DNA from: Hyalangium minutum
Lineage (GTDB): Bacteria > Myxococcota > Myxococcia > Myxococcales > Myxococcaceae
Assembly (NCBI RefSeq): GCF_000737315.1
Contig: NZ_JMCB01000001.1
Span: 206,001 to 268,000, forward strand
Direction: 5' to 3'
DNA: 62,000 bases
Shown: positions 57,284 to 62,000 of the stretch, in pieces
How positions within the stretch are numbered: position 1 is the stretch's first letter
Layout: each line of letters begins with the position of its first letter
Notes under the pieces: model-generated
Database searches by the model: none
What the model saw: only the letters and a program-made list of their open reading frames with translations
What the model was told of the DNA's origin: nothing
Program-made: the position numbers and the translations under genes

Positions 57284-59245
57284 CTACTCCTCCGGGAAGC
57301 CGCTGCCGTCCACGGCCGGGGGGACGACATCCACGTCACTCGCCAGCACGTAGGCGAAGCGGTGGTTGAAGTTGACCTGGTAGTAGAGGAGCTGCCCGGG
57401 GACATCCCGCTTGTTGGAGCCCTCGACCTGGGGCGCGTAGGTGGGCGAGTAGTAGTAGTCGCCCTTGAGCGGCCCGATCGCCACGTAGCGCTGGCCGGCG
57501 GGGATGCTGTACGGAGTGAGCGGGATGAGCGCCTGGGGAGTGATGCCCGCCGGGTACGCCCCCGCCTCCGGGTACGCCCGGCCGTAGAGCGGGATGGACG
57601 TCTTGCCCGCCTTGGGCGTCACGAGCATGCCGAACCCTCTGCGCGTGTTGACGTGGCCCGGGCTGTAGAACCAGGCCTTCTGGCCGCTGAACCAGATTGC
57701 GTCCCAGTCGCCCTGGTGGCCGGCCAGGGCGTACTGCTGGCCGGCCGCCGCCTTGTTGGCCCAGTTGCTCGCCCGCGAGGGAGTGTCCGTGATGAAGGGA
57801 TTGGTGATCAGCGACGCGCTCGTGCTGGGCGCCGTGTACAGGTACACGAAGTTGGCCGACTGGGTGGGCACCGCCCGGCAGTCGGTCGAGGAGTAGCAGT
57901 ACGTCATCGCCGGGGTGTTGGTCTGAAAGTCCGGGGCGATCTTCACGATGCCGGGGTTCAGGGGCTCGCGCTGCTCCAGCTCCGCGCCGACCAGCTCCAT
58001 GTAGTGGTCCCAGTCCCAGAAGGGGCCCGGATCCCAGTGCTGCGAGGCCTGGTTGGTGGTCGACGTGCCCGGCACGTTGTCGTGGCCGACGATGTGCTCG
58101 CGATCGAGCGGCACGTTGAACCGCAGCGCCAGGTAGCGTGTCAGCCGAGCCGAGGAGATGTACAGCTGCTCGCTGTACCAAGCGGCTCCTTCGATAGCGA
58201 CGCCCTCATGCTCGATACCCACCGAGTGCGCGTTGACGTACCAGTTGCCGGCATGCCAGGCGACGTGCGCGTTGGGGATCATCTGCGCGACATGCCCGTC
58301 CGAGGCGCGCACCACATAGTGGGCACTGGCCTTGTACGTGGGGCTCTGGAAGACCGAGAGCGTGGAGGCGTAGCTGCCCTCGGTGTCGTGGATGACGATG
58401 TAGCGAATGTCGACCCCACCCTCCGGGCGCTTCGCCAGGTCATAGTTGCCGTAGTTCGAGGGGCTGGAGGAGTTCTGCGCGTACGCGGCGGGGATGAACT
58501 CGCAGGAGGCCCACAAGGGGCACTCGGTGGAGGGGTTCGAGGTGACGCGCAGCGCCAGCGTGGCAGCGGTGAGGGGGTTGGGGGTGATGCTGTCGGACCT
58601 GAGCGTCACCTGCTGCCCGTCGGACGTGGTGCGCACGGCTCCCTGCCGGACGGTGTCGTACACCGCGTCCGCGAACCCGAGCGCCGTGGATTGATCCGAG
58701 GAGCCGCTGTACAGGACGACGGCGCCGTACCAGTCCGCCGTGTTCCCAGGCACCCGGCCCAAGGTGTAGCGCGCGTACTGGGTCAAGAGAGCAGCGCCGC
58801 CGCGGATGTTCTGCGCGGGATCGCGCTTGAGCACCTCGGGCTCCACGCCCAGCAGCTGCGCCGCGGTGTCCAGGGTGTGGAAGCCCGGATCGTTCTCGTC
58901 GACCATGCTGTACCGATCGACGTCATCCCCCTTGAGCGAGCCAGGTTGGGGGCCGTCCACGTGCGTCAGGTGCATCGGTCCGTACCCACCTGACGTGCTG
59001 GGCGCTCCGGCGTGGTGCTCCCAGCGCGACACGTTGTACGAGACGGAGAGCAGCAGGCTCTCGGGCACACCGAACTCGCGGGAGGCGGCGGAGAAGGCCG
59101 TTTGGAGCGACGTGGGACCGGCCTCGGGAGCGAAGCCCTCGGCCCCGAGCGCTGGAAGCGAGAGCAGGGAGAGCGCAACGCCCGCCCATACCCCCGCGAG
59201 GGACCACCGCTGAGCACCACTCGGTTCGACTCGATTCGTGTTCAC
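57284..59245 (-). CDS. Secreted N-acetylmuramoyl-L-alanine amidase (Amidase_2) with N-terminal lysozyme-like domain
   Basis: Signal peptide; GGYGPMHL and NIRGGAALL N-terminal block; IVIHDTEG, SAHY, AWHAGN, GIEHEG, HWDPG amidase motifs. Confidence 0.9.
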   Translation of the reverse strand: MNTNRVEPSGAQRWSLAGVWAGVALSLLSLPALGAEGFAPEAGPTSLQTAFSAASREFGVPESLLLSVSYNVSRWEHHAGAPSTSGGYGPMHLTHVDGPQPGSLKGDDVDRYSMVDENDPGFHTLDTAAQLLGVEPEVLKRDPAQNIRGGAALLTQYARYTLGRVPGNTADWYGAVVLYSGSSDQSTALGFADAVYDTVRQGAVRTTSDGQQVTLRSDSITPNPLTAATLALRVTSNPSTECPLWASCEFIPAAYAQNSSSPSNYGNYDLAKRPEGGVDIRYIVIHDTEGSYASTLSVFQSPTYKASAHYVVRASDGHVAQMIPNAHVAWHAGNWYVNAHSVGIEHEGVAIEGAAWYSEQLYISSARLTRYLALRFNVPLDREHIVGHDNVPGTSTTNQASQHWDPGPFWDWDHYMELVGAELEQREPLNPGIVKIAPDFQTNTPAMTYCYSSTDCRAVPTQSANFVYLYTAPSTSASLITNPFITDTPSRASNWANKAAAGQQYALAGHQGDWDAIWFSGQKAWFYSPGHVNTRRGFGMLVTPKAGKTSIPLYGRAYPEAGAYPAGITPQALIPLTPYSIPAGQRYVAIGPLKGDYYYSPTYAPQVEGSNKRDVPGQLLYYQVNFNHRFAYVLASDVDVVPPAVDGSGFPEE

Positions 59246-59376
59246 GCCAGATTCCTTTGAGACGGCACGCGACGGCTCTTGCGCTATCGGCCCGCGTCCA
59301 CTTTCTACGAAAAACAGGAATCACTGGCAATTCGTGCGACTCGGGCACCGCAGCGCCCGAGCACTGACGCTTCACA

Positions 59377-60213
59377 TCAAGTGGGCGTGGTCGCCGTCAC
59401 CTGACGCATGCCCCACCGCAGGGGAATGCTCCCGCCCGCGCGGCGCAGCGGCTCCACGGCCCGGAGGAACGAAGCCTCCAGGGACGCCAGCGCCGCCGGA
59501 GACAGCCGGTCCACGTCATACGTCATGCGCAGCGCATCCCAGACGGCGCGCGGCTCACCGTCGCCCTGGATCGCGAGCGGATGCGTCCGAAGGTCCTCGA
59601 ACCCCGCGCCGCCCAGCAGCGCCTGGAGCCCCTCCACGGTGCGGACGCGCGCATCCCCCAGGGGCGCCGGGGGCACGGCCTCCGATGCCAGCAGCGGACG
59701 CAGCAGCCCCACGAACACCTCCATGGCATCGCCGCGCACCATGTCCCCATTGACGACGAAGGACACCGTGCCGCCGGGCCTCAACACGCGTCGCAGCTCC
59801 GCGAGGACGCGCTCCACGTCATCCATCAACATGAGCGCCAGGTGGCTCAGCACCACGTCCACGCTGCCGTCCGCGAGCGGCAGTTCCTGCGCCCGTCCCT
59901 GATGCAGCGTCGCCGCTCCCCTCAGCCGGACGCGCGCCGCATCGAGCTCATGCGCGCTCATGTCCAGCCCCACCAGCGACAGTCCCGGCTGTTGGCGTGC
60001 CGCGAGCAGCTCCAGCAGGTAGCCATCTCCGCACGCCACATCCAGCACGGTCAGCGGCCGGGCCTCGCGGGGCACCGCCGCTTCCAACAGCGCGTACGTC
60101 GAGGGAAACGTCCGCCCGTCCCGGAGCACGGGCGTGCGCGCGAAGCAGCGGGCGGTCACTCCCACGAGGCGCTGGTGGTAGTCGAGCAGGTACGACTCGG
60201 CGGAGGAGGGCAT
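59377..60213 (-). CDS. Class I SAM-dependent methyltransferase
   Basis: VLDVACGDG, GLDMS, LPLADGSVDVV, LRRVLRPGG. Confidence 0.9.
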   Translation of the reverse strand: MPSSAESYLLDYHQRLVGVTARCFARTPVLRDGRTFPSTYALLEAAVPREARPLTVLDVACGDGYLLELLAARQQPGLSLVGLDMSAHELDAARVRLRGAATLHQGRAQELPLADGSVDVVLSHLALMLMDDVERVLAELRRVLRPGGTVSFVVNGDMVRGDAMEVFVGLLRPLLASEAVPPAPLGDARVRTVEGLQALLGGAGFEDLRTHPLAIQGDGEPRAVWDALRMTYDVDRLSPAALASLEASFLRAVEPLRRAGGSIPLRWGMRQVTATTPT

Positions 60214-60297
60214 GGGAACCGTCAGCGTTTGGCCTTCTTCTGGCCCGCGTTGGTGGCCTTGGCGGTAAGGGCCAGCACGGAGTACAGGTTCATCGTC

Positions 60298-60738
60298 ATG
60301 ATGACCTCATCGAAGATCCTAGCGCTGATTTCCACTTTGGCTGCAAGCCGCCCCTTCGTGCTCGAAGAGGTGAACCGGCTCATGGCGACCTCTCTCAAGC
60401 CCGAGGTCTCTGTCTCCAATGAATACTTCACGGTCTACCGGGCGAGGGACACGGCGCAAGCGCCCCTCCAGAACGTCGAACTGCGCATGCCGACCTCCCG
60501 GTCCCACCGCAAGGATGGCTTGCTTCTGTTCGAGATCGCCCCATCCACGTGCGTGACCCAGGAGGAAGCACGGCACTCCTTTGGGCCTTCCCCTGCGCTC
60601 TCCTTTCCCACGCCTCACCAGCCCCCGGACTCCCCTATCTATCTGAACTACTCCCAGCCCTGGGGCAGCCTCCGTCTGGGCTTCTCGCGCAACGACAAGG
60701 CCTGCCTTGTCTCGGTGGTCCTCGACGCTGACAAGTAG
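60298..60738 (+). CDS. Hypothetical protein, possibly an orphan immunity protein
   Basis: 146 aa, less GC-biased codon use, two Cys and a YxQPWGxLxLGF block; function not recognised. Confidence 0.55.
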   Translation: MMTSSKILALISTLAASRPFVLEEVNRLMATSLKPEVSVSNEYFTVYRARDTAQAPLQNVELRMPTSRSHRKDGLLLFEIAPSTCVTQEEARHSFGPSPALSFPTPHQPPDSPIYLNYSQPWGSLRLGFSRNDKACLVSVVLDADK

Positions 60739-60767
60739 GGACTCCGTCTGCGTTGACCGTAGTGGCC

Positions 60768-61143
60768 TCACTTTGGCGGGGGCGTGTTGAGCAGTTGCTG
60801 CTCCCACGCGTAGCTGGTGCCCACCGAGCCCATGTGGTCGATGACCAGCTCGGCCAGCCCTTCCACCGTCACCGTCCGCGCCCAGTCGCGCTGCAGTTCC
60901 GAGGCGAAAACCCCCGTCGTCAGCGGCACCGCCCCCACATGCACCATCCGCTGAATCGCCACCTCGTGCGCTTCCACCGACACTCCTCCCGACGAGTCGG
61001 TGACGATGTAGACCGAGCGCCACCACGTTGTTGATGATGCTCTGTGTGTCGTGGCTGCGCAGGCCGGCAAACTGGAACGGCTGGTGGTCGATCAGGATCA
61101 GCACGCAGTTGTCCGGCGTCAGCAGCGCATCCAGGCCGGTCAT
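60768..61143 (-). pseudogene. YcaC-like isochorismatase-family hydrolase pseudogene with internal deletion
   Basis: N-terminus LLTPDNCVLILIDHQP...INNVV is joined out of frame near 61020 to the C-terminal YIVTDSSGG...ELQRDWAR; the central part with the catalytic Cys is missing. Confidence 0.8.
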
Positions 61144-61262
61144 CGGGTTGCGGGGAGGGCTCCTGGTGTTCTCCAAGGACAGCAGGAAAGGGCACGGACA
61201 CCGCGGTCCGCGCCCGCGGGCTGTTGGAGACGATGATGGATGCCCGACGCTCCTCGCAGTAG

Positions 61263-62000
61263 AGGGCCTTCTCCAGCATCACTTTCAGCTTCCTGCGTGA
61301 GGTCCATGGCAGTCTCGACACCCTCCAAGCCGCCATCGCCAACGCTTCACACGCCGCCGAGAAACCGGCCGGAGTGCTGAAGGTCAGCATGGCGCCCGTC
61401 CTCGGCAGCGGCTACCTCCTGCCTCTGCTCCACGACTTCCTCGCCCGCTATCCCGGCATCGTCCCGGACTGGGACTTCAACAACCAGCCGGTGGATCTCA
61501 TCCAGGGAGGCTTCGACGCCGCGATTGGCGGCGGCTTCGACCTTGCCTCGGGACTCGCCGCGCGCGAGCTCGCCCGGGTGCACATCATTGCCGTGGCCTC
61601 GCCCTCCTATCTGGCGCGAATCACTCCCCCTCAGGAGCCCGCCGACCTCCAGCGCCTCGAGGGCATCCTGCTGCGCTCTCCGCTGACGGGACGCCTCCAT
61701 TCCAGGACGCTGCGCAACCGCGCCGGAGAGCAGGTCGCCGTCGAGATGCAGCCACGCATGATCCTCAATGACCCCGGCTCCCTCTGTCACTGCGCCCTGA
61801 TGGGCCTGGGCATCACCCTCGTCTCGACGCTCAGTGCGCTGCCCCACCTGCGCGAGGGAACGCTGGTGCGGCTCCTGCCGGACTGGTACGCCGATGCCGG
61901 TCCGATCTCGCTCTACTACCCAGGGCACCGGCAGTTGCCCGCGAAGACTCGCGTGTTCGTGGATTACGTCGTACGCGAGTTCAAGCGCCAGGACCTGGCC
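61263..62000 (+). pseudogene. LysR regulator lacking its N-terminal HTH; runs off window end
   Basis: Frame open from 61263 to the end, encoding PAGVLKVS, FLARYP, VDLIQGGFDAAI, GLGITL, LVRLLPDW; in-frame TAG at 61260 and no HTH sequence upstream. Confidence 0.75.

Noticed and set aside
56987-58993. 668-aa plus-strand ORF as an intact transposase
   Set aside because: Only about 26 codons resemble IS91 transposase; the remainder is antisense to the amidase.

Overview
GC-rich DNA with a typical myxobacterial gene repertoire (MYXO-CTERM surface protein, TIGR02265-like protein, lipoprotein toxin/immunity pairs). Positions 1-28.2 kb and 30.5-40.5 kb look like ordinary chromosomal content: DAACS symporter, orphan DNA methyltransferase, endonuclease III, an Omp85 gene followed by three lipoprotein genes, a YcaO/TfuA pair, an ECF sigma/anti-sigma module, double-length UvrA, a TonB-dependent receptor, M18 peptidase, a MacAB-TolC-type exporter, a SET-domain protein and an amidohydrolase. 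Positions 28.2-30.5 kb and 40.5-62 kb are accessory patchwork: two polymorphic toxin/immunity loci (one frameshifted), an adhesin with 8 Ig-like repeats, detox/regulator modules, a Bacillales-like ABC exporter with two-component system, cell-wall enzymes and pseudogenes. No rRNA, complete tRNA or CRISPR array was found. The most notable signals are: (i) a 32-39 nt tRNA/tmRNA 3'-end-like T-loop hairpin repeated three times at or near core/accessory junctions, next to a group II intron D5/D6 fragment and an IS91-family transposase scrap; (ii) an intact YcaO-TfuA pair in which conserved catalytic motifs of both proteins are substituted; (iii) a small Rof/YaeO-like protein; (iv) a SET protein whose tail contains the histone H3 K4 pentapeptide KQTAR. 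All family assignments come from motif recognition by eye; no database search was run.
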